32,000 nucleotides of DNA from Sedimentisphaera cyanobacteriorum (GCF_001997385.1 NZ_CP019633.1:1980001-2012000), one strand, 5' to 3'. Positions 1 through 9,294 are shown, counted from the first letter of the stretch. A program made the numbers and translations. The notes: generated by a model not told the origin, from the letters alone.

Positions 1-1254
1 AGAGGCAATGAAAACGCCCATAAGCGTCGTGCCAACGGCTGCTGGTATCCCGATAGAGCCCATCATATTTGCCGCACCTAACACTACAGGCCTTAGTTTG
101 CTGTTCAGACCCTGCGAGCCGATATAGTTTGAATACTGCTCGTTCCACGCTGCAGCACCCGTGAGGGTTTGCCCGTCAACCTCAAGAGCCATTCCGATTC
201 CCGCAGATACACATACAATCACCAAAAGCGCAAGCACCCCCTCCAGCAGCATTGAACCGTAGCCAACGAAAAGCGAATCGGTTTCTTTCTCCACCTGTTT
301 CGGGCTTGTACCTGAGGCCACAAGCGAATGAAACCCGCTCACTGCCCCGCACGCAATCACCACAAACATAAACGGCCAGATCGCCGGGGTGGTTTCCGGG
401 ACATTTTGATTTATCATCGGTGCAGACATCTCAAAATCTGTTGTAAAACCGGAAAAAACTGCTCCTGCAATAAGCAGAGTCAGTGCTACGAAAAGCTGCC
501 ATGCGTTGATATAGTCCCTCGGCTGTAAAAGCGTTGTTACCGAAAGAGTGGAGGCAATCCATGCGTAGATAAGAAGAAGAATCACCCAAACCCCGGAGGC
601 TGGAATCCCCATCATAGAGGGAATCTCAATCGGGAAGTAAGAACCTGCAATAATCATCAGATACATAGCTATAACCGCTGCTGCTGTGCTGATATTCACG
701 TTCGCACCCATTTTGTAAACCGCTTTACCGAGCAGTACAGCTATCGGTATCTGAAACCATACAGGAATCACCGAATTGGGAAAGAGGGTGAATACGCTCG
801 CTATTACAACGCCGAAAACCGCTATCAGAATCAGCAGTGTTAGGAATACAACCGCAAAGAATATAAATCGCACGCGTTTGTTGATGTATTTCGCTGCGGC
901 TTCCGATACGCTCCTGCCCTCATTACGCATTGATATTACAAGCGAGCCGAAATCGTGCACGGCACCCATAAATATAGAGCCGAGAAAAATCCACAGAACC
1001 GCCGGAAGCCAGCCCCAGATTATACCGATAGCAGGACCTACAATCGGGCCGGTGCCCGCAATGGATGTGTAGTGATGGCCGAAGATTATGCCTCGCTTCG
1101 AGGGGACGTAGTCTATCCCGTCGTTTATCTTTCTGCTCGGAACCTCTCTTGAGTTGTCAAGCCGGAATATCTTGCGGGCGAGAAACCTGCCGTAGGTGTT
1201 GTAGGCAATAATATAACCAACAAAACAGACTGCTAATAAAATAAGCGTTTCCAA
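1..1254 (-). CDS. cstA: Carbon starvation protein A family transporter, N-terminal 418 codons; the gene continues beyond the left window edge
   Basis: Absent from the ORF track because there is no stop inside the window. My minus-strand translation from TTG (1254-1252) stays open for all 418 codons down to position 1. It reads LETLILLAVCFVGYIIAYNTYGRFLARKIF...NDGIDYVPSKRGIIFGHHYTSIAGTGPIVGPAIG...GAVHDFGSLVISMRNEGRS. This matches the conserved CstA N-terminal block (DYVPT..LFGHHFAAIAGAGPLVGP...AVQDF). A GGAGAG Shine-Dalgarno (complement of 1261-1266) lies 6 nt upstream of the TTG. Confidence 0.85.
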   Translation of the reverse strand, partial: METLILLAVCFVGYIIAYNTYGRFLARKIFRLDNSREVPSRKINDGIDYVPSKRGIIFGHHYTSIAGTGPIVGPAIGIIWGWLPAVLWIFLGSIFMGAVHDFGSLVISMRNEGRSVSEAAAKYINKRVRFIFFAVVFLTLLILIAVFGVVIASVFTLFPNSVIPVWFQIPIAVLLGKAVYKMGANVNISTAAAVIAMYLMIIAGSYFPIEIPSMMGIPASGVWVILLLIYAWIASTLSVTTLLQPRDYINAWQLFVALTLLIAGAVFSGFTTDFEMSAPMINQNVPETTPAIWPFMFVVIACGAVSGFHSLVASGTSPKQVEKETDSLFVGYGSMLLEGVLALLVIVCVSAGIGMALEVDGQTLTGAAAWNEQYSNYIGSQGLNSKLRPVVLGAANMMGSIGIPAAVGTTLMGVFIAS

Positions 1255-1439
1255 AATAAACTCTCCGAAAAAAATTATGTTATGCTGAAATATTATAATA
1301 GTATTAAAATCATATCAAACCAAAAAGGCGATTTTCGAAAAGAAATTATATTTGCTATTTAAGTGAAAAGTGCTGATAATTACGGCTGAAAGCTGATTAT
1401 TTAAGGTAAAGTTTTGTTAAACGAACCATTCAAGGCTAT

Positions 1440-2420
1440 ATGACAGCGAGAAAGAAGAACAATTCCGCCCCGCCTTTGAGGGCAAAGGGAAAAACAAAAC
1501 CCGGCACGCACAAGCCGGTGCTCGAAAGAGAGATTCTGAAAAATCTCTCACCCGGCATGGGAGAAACTGCCGCAGACTGCACGCTCGGCTACGGCGGGCA
1601 TGCGGGCAAAATTATGGAAAAGCTGGGCGAAGAAGGCCTGCTTCTCGGCTTTGATGTTGACATCGCTGAGCTGAAGAAGACCGAAAAAAGGCTCAGCTCT
1701 CTGAAGTGCGGATTCAGGGGGATAAACAGGAATTTCCGTTTTATCAAAGAAGCAGCAGCAGAGCTTGGAATCAGCGGATTTGATGTTATACTCGCTGACT
1801 TAGGCGTTTCGAGTATGCAGGTGGATAATCCGCAAAGGGGAATAAGCTACAAGTCAAACGGGCCTCTGGATATGCGAATGGACACCAGCCTTGAACTTAC
1901 AGGCGAGAAGATTCTCCGTGAGTATTCCGAGGGAAAGCTCTCAGAAATATTCGACAAATATTCCGATGAACCCGACAGCGAAACCATCGCCTCCTTTATA
2001 GCAGGCCAGAGGAAGGCCTGCCCGATAACAACTGTAAACGAGCTTATTGATCTGATTCTCAATGCCAAGGGCTATTCTAGAAATACCTGGCAGAAGCATA
2101 ATAAGCAAAGCGCTTTCGGCGCCTCGCATCCGGCAGCGAGGGTGTTTCAGGCTCTCAGGATAGAAGTTAATGATGAGCTCGGGGCGCTGAAGGATCTGCT
2201 CAAGGCGGCTCCGGATGTTCTGAGCCCGGACGGGCGGCTTGGCATAATATCCTTTCATCAGGGCGAGGACAGGCTAGTGAAGAAAAGCTTTGCGGAAGGC
2301 CTTCAGCAGGGTTATTATACATATATATCCAAGAAGCCGGCAGCCCCTTCCGCAGGCGAGATTGCAGAAAATCCACGCAGCTCTTCTGCAAAATTCAGAT
2401 GGGCTGTAAAGTGCAAATAA
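1440..2420 (+). CDS. rsmH: 16S rRNA (cytosine1402-N4)-methyltransferase RsmH/MraW
   Basis: 326-aa ORF with the family blocks HKPVLEREIL, DCTLGYGGHA, ADLGVSSMQVDNPQRGISYKSNGPLDMRMD and ISFHQGEDRLVKKSF. ATG start. About 24 basic residues precede the conserved HKPVL. Confidence 0.9.
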   Translation: MTARKKNNSAPPLRAKGKTKPGTHKPVLEREILKNLSPGMGETAADCTLGYGGHAGKIMEKLGEEGLLLGFDVDIAELKKTEKRLSSLKCGFRGINRNFRFIKEAAAELGISGFDVILADLGVSSMQVDNPQRGISYKSNGPLDMRMDTSLELTGEKILREYSEGKLSEIFDKYSDEPDSETIASFIAGQRKACPITTVNELIDLILNAKGYSRNTWQKHNKQSAFGASHPAARVFQALRIEVNDELGALKDLLKAAPDVLSPDGRLGIISFHQGEDRLVKKSFAEGLQQGYYTYISKKPAAPSAGEIAENPRSSSAKFRWAVKCK

Positions 2421-2495
2421 AACGTTAATCATTGAGGCTTATAATCAGGCAAAATCAAAGCAGATAAATAAAAATAGTTTTTAAGGAAGATAAAA

Positions 2496-3455
2496 ATGAG
2501 CAGTAAAGAGATTGACAGAAGAAGTTTTCTTGGCAGTGCAGGGGCTCTGGCTGCCGGAATAATGCTGAATTCCGGTACGCCGGCAAAGGCCGCACAAAAC
2601 GGCAAGGCAGGAAGTAAGCAGGGTTCGAGAATCTGCCATCTAACAGATATCCATATCACACCCTTCAGAGATGCTCCGGAAACTTTCGAAAAGGCGATTG
2701 AGCAAATTAATTCACTAAACCCAAAGCCGAGTCTTATAGTTACCGGCGGAGACAATATTATGGATTCCTTCTCAACCCCTGAAGAGCAGGTGAAAAGGCA
2801 GTATGAGGTGCTTGATAAGCTGATGGCAAAAACGGACATCCCCGTTAAATACTGCCTCGGCAATCACGACCTCTGGGGCTGGAACAAATCCAAGAGCAAA
2901 ACCACCGGAGATGAGGCAAAGTGGGGAGCAAAATGGCCTATCCGGCATTACGGTCTTCCCGGGGAATACTACACATTCAACCATTCCGGCTGGAAATTCA
3001 TTATCCTCAACACTGTCCAGCCGGACCCGAACGATAAAAACGGATATATCGGCGGGATTGGAGACAAGCAATTTGCCTGGCTTGAAAATGTGCTTGCGGG
3101 TATGCCTTTAGATATGCCCGCTGCGATTGTATCCCATATCCCCCTGCTGACAATTTCAAATTTCGAGCTTATGGATTCAGGGCGGAATCTGCCTAAAATA
3201 AATCCCGGCTGGATATGCTACGACGGGCCTAAGGCAGCAAAGCTTTTCAGCAGATACAAAAATGTAAAGCTCTGCCTCAGCGGGCATATGCACCGCCAAG
3301 ACAGAATCGACTATATGGACGTTAGCTATATCTGCGACGGAGCCGTCTCCGGAGGCTGGTGGCGAGGGCCGCACAGAGGCTGCCAAGCCGGCTTCGGCCT
3401 GCTGGACTTAAACAGCAACGGAAGCTTCAAACACGAATATATAGAATATCTGTAA
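2496..3455 (+). CDS. Tat-exported calcineurin-like metallophosphoesterase
   Basis: 319-aa ORF. Twin-arginine signal (DRRSFLGSAGALAAGIMLNSGTPAKA). Metallophosphoesterase motifs are DIH, GGDNIMD, GNHD, SHIPL and GHMH. AAGGAAG RBS upstream of the ATG. Confidence 0.8.
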   Translation: MSSKEIDRRSFLGSAGALAAGIMLNSGTPAKAAQNGKAGSKQGSRICHLTDIHITPFRDAPETFEKAIEQINSLNPKPSLIVTGGDNIMDSFSTPEEQVKRQYEVLDKLMAKTDIPVKYCLGNHDLWGWNKSKSKTTGDEAKWGAKWPIRHYGLPGEYYTFNHSGWKFIILNTVQPDPNDKNGYIGGIGDKQFAWLENVLAGMPLDMPAAIVSHIPLLTISNFELMDSGRNLPKINPGWICYDGPKAAKLFSRYKNVKLCLSGHMHRQDRIDYMDVSYICDGAVSGGWWRGPHRGCQAGFGLLDLNSNGSFKHEYIEYL

Positions 3456-3485
3456 ATCCTGACAGCGAATAAACAGTTGCTGAAA

Positions 3486-4583
3486 TCAAAACTCCTGCGC
3501 TTCTTCTTTCCCGGGAGAAGCGTAGAGAGGATCGAGAGCTTTAACTCGGATCTCGCCTGTATCAAGCTGGCGGATATCCATTGGCACAATTGTAACCCCC
3601 TGTTTGTTCACGGTGTAGGCGGTATCGCTCAAGTCTTTGGTTTGGGCATGTTTTCTGCTGATTCTCGGAACGTTTGCATTGTAGAACGCAGTGCACCACC
3701 ACCGGCCTTGCTTATCCTTGAAAAGGGTGCCGTGGCCGAGGAATCTTCCTGCAAATTTTCTTTTGCCGTATCCTCCGTTTATCTTATCAGAAACGCAGTA
3801 GTAAAGGTTGTATGAGCCTTTGCGCATCTTGTCCGTTGACCAGCCCGTTCCGAACAATACATACTTATCGCCGATCTTCCTTATCATGCAGCCCTCATGG
3901 CCGATTTTTCTGTTTGAAGGCCAAATGCGCACCCAATCACCGGCCACGCCGGAGAAATCATCTTTCAGCGGAACAATATTAGCAGCTCCCCAGATCAGCC
4001 ATACTCTTCCGTTTTCATCTTCAAACAGGGTAGGGTCGTGCCTTTTGCGAATATTCTTCCCCATCGGATTGAGATAAGGGCCTTCAAGCTTTCTGCCCCT
4101 TGTAACTGAGAGATTAGCCCCGTTAACAGGAGCAGGGCTTGTATGAACAATAACCCAGCATCCGTCTATAAAGTGCATCTCCGGAGCCCAAAGCCGCCAG
4201 TCGTTTATGTTTCTGTGCTTTTCGGGATATACCTCCGGCCAGATTCCGTCTGCAAGAGAATAAGGAGCCCCGATATACTCCCAATCGATAAGGTTTCTGC
4301 TTCTCCAGAGCCGCATAATATGCCCAACCCTGTTCGGCGAGATGTTGTCGTTATATTTGTTATGAAGGAATTTTTCCGAATCCTCAGGGAGTTTGGTTGT
4401 GCCGGTGAGGTAATACCAGCCGTCCGGCATAAGAATTATGTACGGATCTCTTATCCAGCCGTCTTTGATGTGAAGGGCTTTGTTTCTTTCCTTTAGCCCT
4501 GCCCTTATCTTCTCAGCGGGCATTGCAGCAAACAGCGAGGAGCAAATTAGTGCCAACACGCAGATTATTACTGATTTCTTCAT
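3486..4583 (-). CDS. Secreted glycoside hydrolase family 43-like protein (five-bladed beta-propeller)
   Basis: 365-aa ORF with an N-terminal signal peptide (MKKSVIICVLALICSSLFAA). GH43-type blocks are RDPYIILMPDGWYYLTGT, LWAPEMHFIDGCWVIVHT and IGHEGCMI. Confidence 0.75.
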   Translation of the reverse strand: MKKSVIICVLALICSSLFAAMPAEKIRAGLKERNKALHIKDGWIRDPYIILMPDGWYYLTGTTKLPEDSEKFLHNKYNDNISPNRVGHIMRLWRSRNLIDWEYIGAPYSLADGIWPEVYPEKHRNINDWRLWAPEMHFIDGCWVIVHTSPAPVNGANLSVTRGRKLEGPYLNPMGKNIRKRHDPTLFEDENGRVWLIWGAANIVPLKDDFSGVAGDWVRIWPSNRKIGHEGCMIRKIGDKYVLFGTGWSTDKMRKGSYNLYYCVSDKINGGYGKRKFAGRFLGHGTLFKDKQGRWWCTAFYNANVPRISRKHAQTKDLSDTAYTVNKQGVTIVPMDIRQLDTGEIRVKALDPLYASPGKEEAQEF

Positions 4584-4689
4584 AAAGCTTTCCTTAATCT
4601 AAGATAAAAATACCGACTGTATATTAGATACCCCTTGCGATCGTATTTTTTCAAAATTTTCCTAAGACAGGATAATTTGGAAGGGGGAT

Positions 4690-5160
4690 TTCTTTTGAAT
4701 TGCCCGGGATTGTTTTTGCACCGCGAAGGGCGCTAAGGGCAGGAAGGATTTTTTTAATTTGTTTAAACCACGAGCAGCGCTGAGGTATTTCAGCCACTGA
4801 GAAACGCTAAGAAGCACTAAGGGGATATTTTTAGACAGAATTTTTAAAGTTCAAGGCAATGATAAGGGGAAAGTTTTTCATATTACAGCGGTGCGGCACA
4901 AGCCGCCCGCTAAGCCGACACAACGAATAGACTCTTCATATTACAGCGGAGTTCGCCGTGGCGGACCCGCTAGGCATTCTTTTAGAAAAGATTTTTCGCT
5001 TATTATTTTGCCACTCGCCACTCGCCACTCGCCACTCGCCGCTCGCCACTCGCCACTCGCCACTCGCCACTTATCTTCACTAATTCCAATAAAATATCGT
5101 TTTTTCGTGGTATAATCCAAATAAAATCTGTGGATAATAAACTTCAATACGAATCAAGTT
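4690..5160. repeat. Mosaic intergenic repeat patch A (same family as 10791-11485 and 15632-15850)
   Basis: 4942-5141 is an inverted copy of 11249-11431. The shared string is ACAGCGGnGTTCGCCGTGGCGGACCCGCTAGGCATTCTTTTAGAAAAGATTTTTCGCTTAT ... CTTCACTAATTCCAATAAAATATCGTTTTTTCGTGGTATAATCCAAATAAAATCTGTG. The two copies differ by five extra heptamers and a 19-nt indel. The upstream sub-modules CGCGAAGGGCGCTAAGGGC and TTTAAACCACGA...CACTAAGGGGATATTTTT recur at 15.6-15.8 kb. Confidence 0.85.
5010..5069. repeat. Tandem heptamer array (GCCACTC)n, about 8.6 copies, one variant GCCGCTC
   Basis: Read directly: gccactc x4, gccgctc, gccactc x3, gccac. The homologous array in the inverted copy (11338-11363) has only about 3.7 units. 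Confidence 0.95.
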
Positions 5161-5201
5161 TGTGTGACAGTTTTTTATGGGATTGACGGGTTTGATTTTT
5201 G

Positions 5202-5951
5202 TTACGATAAAAGCAGCGAGAAGTATCCTTTGATTCGTTTTATGCAGTTTCTCAGCACAACTCCTGCGGTGCGCAGAAAGCTGCCGGATGCCGCAGCAGC
5301 AACGTGTTCTGCGATATCTCGAGCTGAGAGCATCTGCCCTTTAGACGGGCGTTCATCGTAGCCGTGGGAATCGAAGAATTCGGTATCCACTCTCGCAGGG
5401 TATATGCTTGCGGTTTTTATCCCGGAGCTTTTCGCCTCCCAATAAAGAGACCACATAAACCCCGTAACTCCATGTTTTGATGCCCCGTATGCGGCAAAGC
5501 CCGGAGCGGGCAAAAGCCCAATCATCGAGGATACAGTAATAATCTTTCCGTTTATGCCCCTCTTTTTCATTATCCTCAGCGCCTCCCTTGAGCAGAGAAA
5601 CACGCCTGTAAGGTTCACGTCGAGCGTTTTCTGCCAGTCTTCCAGCTGGATATCAGCTATATCGGCCTTGAGCCCGCGGCCTGCATTATTAACGAGAATA
5701 TCCAGCGAGCCGAACCTCTGCACAGCAGCATCAAAAAGAGCCCGCACGTCGCTCTGGTTTGTTATATCTGCCTGTACAGCAAGGCATTCAGCATTCTGCG
5801 GCATTTTTGCGGCAGTTTCATCGAGCTTATCGCTTCGCCTTGCAGCTATTACCACCCTGCAGCCCTCTTCTGCGAGCTTTATAGCAGTTTGTCTTCCGAT
5901 TCCGCTGCTCGCCCCTGTAACCACAGCAGTCTTACCCTTCAAGCAGTCCAT
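5202..5951 (-). CDS. Short-chain dehydrogenase/reductase (classical SDR)
   Basis: Motifs are TGASSGIGRQTA (TGxxxGxG), NNAG and YGASKHG (YxxxK). The track start at 5969 is a TTG. The ATG at 5951 (MDCLKGKTAVVTG) is preceded by GGAGGAAT and gives a normal SDR N-terminus. Either start overlaps the 3' end of the upstream gene. Confidence 0.85.
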   Translation of the reverse strand: MDCLKGKTAVVTGASSGIGRQTAIKLAEEGCRVVIAARRSDKLDETAAKMPQNAECLAVQADITNQSDVRALFDAAVQRFGSLDILVNNAGRGLKADIADIQLEDWQKTLDVNLTGVFLCSREALRIMKKRGINGKIITVSSMIGLLPAPGFAAYGASKHGVTGFMWSLYWEAKSSGIKTASIYPARVDTEFFDSHGYDERPSKGQMLSARDIAEHVAAAASGSFLRTAGVVLRNCIKRIKGYFSLLLS

Positions 5952-6948
5952 ATTCCTCCATCCATTCAACCGTATCCTTCACGGTTGTTTCGAATTTGTA
6001 CTCAGGTTCCCAGCCGAGCTTTTCCTTTGCTTTGCTGTTGTCGAAATAGCGGAATTTGAAAGCAGAATGCACATTATCCGCAGTAACGGGCAAATTGCAC
6101 GGGCAGAACTTCTCGAGCATAAGTGTTGTCAGATACATCACGCCTTCGAATTTCGGGCTGAGTGTTTTCGTAGGTGGAGGCGTTCTGAGAAATTTAGAGA
6201 TCGCCGTATTGATTTGCGGGAATGTTAGGTTATACCCAGATAGAATTAGGTGCTTTTCCTGCGTTTGTGTTTTCACGGCCTGAGTTATCCCCCTTGCAGC
6301 ATCACGCACATCAACCACATTCGTTCCGCCTGGCAGGGCAAACTTGAGTTTTTTCCGTGCGATCGCATTAACAAGCTTCACAGAATTTATCCTGTCGCCC
6401 GGCCCGAGCATCAGTCCCGGGTATATTATCGTATAATGCCGGCCTTCGAGGAGCTTTTCAACCTTCTGGTCTCCAAAGTGTTTGGAGAGGCTGTAGTGCT
6501 TGTTGTGCCGGCTTGCCTCTGCCCAATCGAACTGAAATTCCTCGTTCACCGGCTTATTCTTGTCGCTGCCGTATCCAATCGCAGCCACAGAGCTTATCTG
6601 AATAAAATGAGAAACGCCCGCATCTCTCGAAAGCGAGGCAACGTTTTCAGTTCCGGCAGTATTTATATTGTACAGCTGCTGCTTATCTTTGATAGAGAAA
6701 GACACCTTCCCCGCCAGGTGAATAACAACATCCGCATCAGCAAAATCATTCTCTATCGAACTTTTCCTGCAGATATCCCTGCCTGTTCTCAGAACTACTC
6801 TGTCCGATTTTGTGAGCTGGTCAACAAGCTCATCATCGCATTTAACATCAATGATCTTCAGCTTCGAATCGGGCATCTGCTCCAGCAGCATCTCAACCAG
6901 ATACCTGCCCAGAAAGCCGCAGCCGCCGGTGATTAAAATATTCTTCAA
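5932..6948 (-). CDS. NAD-dependent epimerase/dehydratase (extended SDR, 3-beta-HSD-like)
   Basis: 338-aa ORF. N-terminal Rossmann motif ILITGGCGFLGRYLV and catalytic YSLSK (YxxxK). Co-oriented and overlapping with the downstream SDR, so probably an operon. Confidence 0.85.
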   Translation of the reverse strand: MKNILITGGCGFLGRYLVEMLLEQMPDSKLKIIDVKCDDELVDQLTKSDRVVLRTGRDICRKSSIENDFADADVVIHLAGKVSFSIKDKQQLYNINTAGTENVASLSRDAGVSHFIQISSVAAIGYGSDKNKPVNEEFQFDWAEASRHNKHYSLSKHFGDQKVEKLLEGRHYTIIYPGLMLGPGDRINSVKLVNAIARKKLKFALPGGTNVVDVRDAARGITQAVKTQTQEKHLILSGYNLTFPQINTAISKFLRTPPPTKTLSPKFEGVMYLTTLMLEKFCPCNLPVTADNVHSAFKFRYFDNSKAKEKLGWEPEYKFETTVKDTVEWMEEYGLLEG

Positions 6949-7197
6949 TTTTGCATCCTGTGGTATGTAGTTAGCAAATCTGAAATACGTTTTACAGGAT
7001 TATATTTGCAAATTTGATAATATTCAAGCTTTACTGTCTAATTGAGCCTGATATGGGCAAAGATTTAAGATCAGCCCGTTCAGCAATTTCGCTTTATCCC
7101 GCCTGAAACACAAAAATTCGCAGTGCAGGGGGCTGCATATAAGCCTCAAGCGCTTCTTATAAGCAGGTTGGCAGAGTTTTACTAAAATTGTGCTGGA

Positions 7198-8514
7198 TTA
7201 TTCGAGCTCTTCAATGCTTTCAGGTTTGAGCGAGCGGAGCTTATCGAGATTTTTTGAGCCGATAAGCACCTGCTGAACCATATTCATCTGGTCTATATCT
7301 GTTTTTTCTATGTCGGCATACTTCTTCAAAAAACCCTGAATCCTGCCTTTCTGGACGCTGTACACCACTTTAACCCTCCGCCTTTTGCCGGTAATTCGGC
7401 GGGTTATCTCATGCACTGCCGAATCAATGTTGTAGCCTGTTTTCGCTGAAACGGAAATGGCATCGGGAAATGCGGCCTTGAGGGTGTCGAGAGTGGTAAC
7501 GCTTACGGGGATCTCGGATTTATTCAGCAGAACGAGGGTGTCTTTCCCTCCGCAGCCGATATCCTCAAGCACTCCATTCACGCTTTCAATCTGCTCGAAA
7601 ACGCTCTCACTGCTTACATCCACAACATGAAGCAGAAGATCAGCGCTGAGAGCTTCCGAGAGCGTTGCCTTGAAAGATTCCACAAGCTGGTGGGGGAGTT
7701 TGCGAACAAAACCCACCGTATCGCTGAGAAGCGCCTCTGCCCCGCATTCGAGCTTCCATCTCCTTGTACGCGTGTCGAGAGTTGCGAAGAGCTTATTCTC
7801 CTGCACCACTCCCGCATCTGTAACAGCGTTCATAAAGGTGCTCTTGCCAGCATTTGTATAACCCACAAGGCAGATCTTGAATGCCTCGCAGCGCGATTCT
7901 ATCTCGCGGTCTTTTCGCTTTTCAATCTTTCTGAGCTCTGCCTTGAGCTCGGAGATGCGTTTGTTTACGAGCCTTCTGTCTATCTCGAGCTGCTTCTCGC
8001 CTGTACCCCTTGTTCCGATACCGCCCACAGCTCCAATCCCGCCGGAAGCTGCGCCCGTTACCGTATCCAAGTGAGACCACATCCTCGTAAGGCGGGGGTA
8101 GGTGTATTCAAGCTGAGCCAGCTCCACCTGCAGCCTCGCCTGTTTTGTGCGCGCCCGGGTTGCGAAGATATCGAGGATAAGCTCGCTTCTGTCTATAACC
8201 TGCTTTTCGAGTATATTCTCGAGGTCTTTGATCTGCCCTGGGGAGAGGTCGTTATCGAAAATCACAAGGCTGGCGTTTGCTTCTTTTGCGCGTTTGCCGA
8301 TGTATGCGGCTTTTCCTCTGCCGATATAGATGGAAGGGTTGATCTCGTTAATCTTCTGCTGGAGGCGATCTACAATAATCGCTCCTGCGGTTTCTGTTAG
8401 TGATGTGAGCTCGTGGAGGTTGTCGTTTTCTTTTTCACTGCCTCTAATTATAGCCCCAACGAGCACTGCCCGCTGCTTTTGAACTTTGAGCTGGTCTCTG
8501 ATATTATCCAACAT
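7198..8514 (-). CDS. hflX: GTPase HflX
   Basis: 438-aa ORF with the HflX N-terminal domain followed by the G-domain motifs GYTNAGKST (G1), DTVGF (G3) and LNKSE (G4-like). Confidence 0.9.
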   Translation of the reverse strand: MLDNIRDQLKVQKQRAVLVGAIIRGSEKENDNLHELTSLTETAGAIIVDRLQQKINEINPSIYIGRGKAAYIGKRAKEANASLVIFDNDLSPGQIKDLENILEKQVIDRSELILDIFATRARTKQARLQVELAQLEYTYPRLTRMWSHLDTVTGAASGGIGAVGGIGTRGTGEKQLEIDRRLVNKRISELKAELRKIEKRKDREIESRCEAFKICLVGYTNAGKSTFMNAVTDAGVVQENKLFATLDTRTRRWKLECGAEALLSDTVGFVRKLPHQLVESFKATLSEALSADLLLHVVDVSSESVFEQIESVNGVLEDIGCGGKDTLVLLNKSEIPVSVTTLDTLKAAFPDAISVSAKTGYNIDSAVHEITRRITGKRRRVKVVYSVQKGRIQGFLKKYADIEKTDIDQMNMVQQVLIGSKNLDKLRSLKPESIEELE

Positions 8515-8525
8515 TCATCCCAGAT

Positions 8526-9290
8526 TTAAGCTTTAATATCTCCCATTCTTCTCTCCCTTCTGCCGATGGTTTTAACGGCCTCAAACATCTCTTCTCTCGT
8601 GAAGTCCGGCCAGAGCGTCTTTGTTACATAATACTCGGCATAGCTGGACTGCCAAAGCAGAAAATTGCTTATCCTCATCTCGCTTGATGTTCTTATGATA
8701 AGGTCGGGGTCAGGGTATTCAGAGGTATATATATTTTCAGATATCATCTGTTCTGTGATTTCTTCTGGGCTGAGCTTTGCGTTTGAGATTTTTTCCCCGA
8801 GTCTTTTAACTGCATCGGCAATTTCCTCTCTTCCACCGTAGTTCAGGCATAGCCCGAGGGTGAGGCCTGTGCCGGATTTGGTGGCTTCGAGGGTGTTATC
8901 CAGCTCTTCAAGCAGGAAATCCGGAAGGCCTTCCCGCCTGCCGAAATGGGCGAGCTTCATATTCTTTTCAACCAAATCCTCACGCACAGCCACGAGGTAT
9001 CGGGTGAAAAGCTGCATAAGATAATCAATCTCCATCTCAGGCCTGCGCCAGTTCTGCACGCTGAAGCAGTAAAGCGTTACGCATTCACAGCCAATCTCCT
9101 GAGCAGCATCGCAGATTATTTCAATCTTTTTTGCTCCTTCTCTATGCCCGTGGAATCTTGGAAGGTCTCTCTGCTTTGCCCATCTGCCGTTGCCGTCCAT
9201 AATTATGCCGATATGCCTCGGTATTTTCTCGGCAGGCAGGCCGAACTTTTCAGCGGCCTGTTTTCTTACAGCTTCAAAATCATTTTTCAT
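8526..9290 (-). CDS. uppS: Isoprenyl transferase / undecaprenyl-diphosphate synthase
   Basis: 254-aa ORF with HIGIIMDGNGRWAK and IRTSSEMRISNFLLWQSSYAEYY, the two signature blocks of cis-prenyltransferases. Confidence 0.92.
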   Translation of the reverse strand: MKNDFEAVRKQAAEKFGLPAEKIPRHIGIIMDGNGRWAKQRDLPRFHGHREGAKKIEIICDAAQEIGCECVTLYCFSVQNWRRPEMEIDYLMQLFTRYLVAVREDLVEKNMKLAHFGRREGLPDFLLEELDNTLEATKSGTGLTLGLCLNYGGREEIADAVKRLGEKISNAKLSPEEITEQMISENIYTSEYPDPDLIIRTSSEMRISNFLLWQSSYAEYYVTKTLWPDFTREEMFEAVKTIGRRERRMGDIKA

Positions 9291-9294
9291 TCAT

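Noticed and set aside
5010-5069. Possible CRISPR array or coding tandem repeat.
   Set aside because: The units are 7 nt with no spacers, so this is a microsatellite and not a CRISPR. The period is not a multiple of 3 and there is no supporting gene context.
4891-5147. ORFs 4891-5115 (+) and 4941-5147 (-), together with 10882-11085 and 11049-11432 (+). Three of them end in the identical peptide EKSFLKECLAGPPRRTPL.
   Set aside because: The shared peptide comes from translating the same repeat module. The ORFs include the heptamer array (LATRHSPLAARHSPLATRH / SGEWRVASGEWR), have no RBS and sit wholly in repeat DNA. They are repeat artefacts, not a gene family.
5554-6936. Long plus-strand ORFs of 224 aa (5554-6228) and 228 aa (6250-6936).
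   Set aside because: They are antisense to two well-supported SDR/epimerase genes that carry clear cofactor and catalytic motifs. Their products are Ser/Leu/Arg/Cys-rich with no motifs, the typical antisense shadow ORF.
7627-8400. A 257-aa plus-strand ORF; similar antisense ORFs occur at 9566-10021, 22360-22836 and 30887-31519.
   Set aside because: Each is fully antisense to a confidently identified gene (hflX, purA, the sulfatase, nadK). Each has a low-complexity composition and no motifs.
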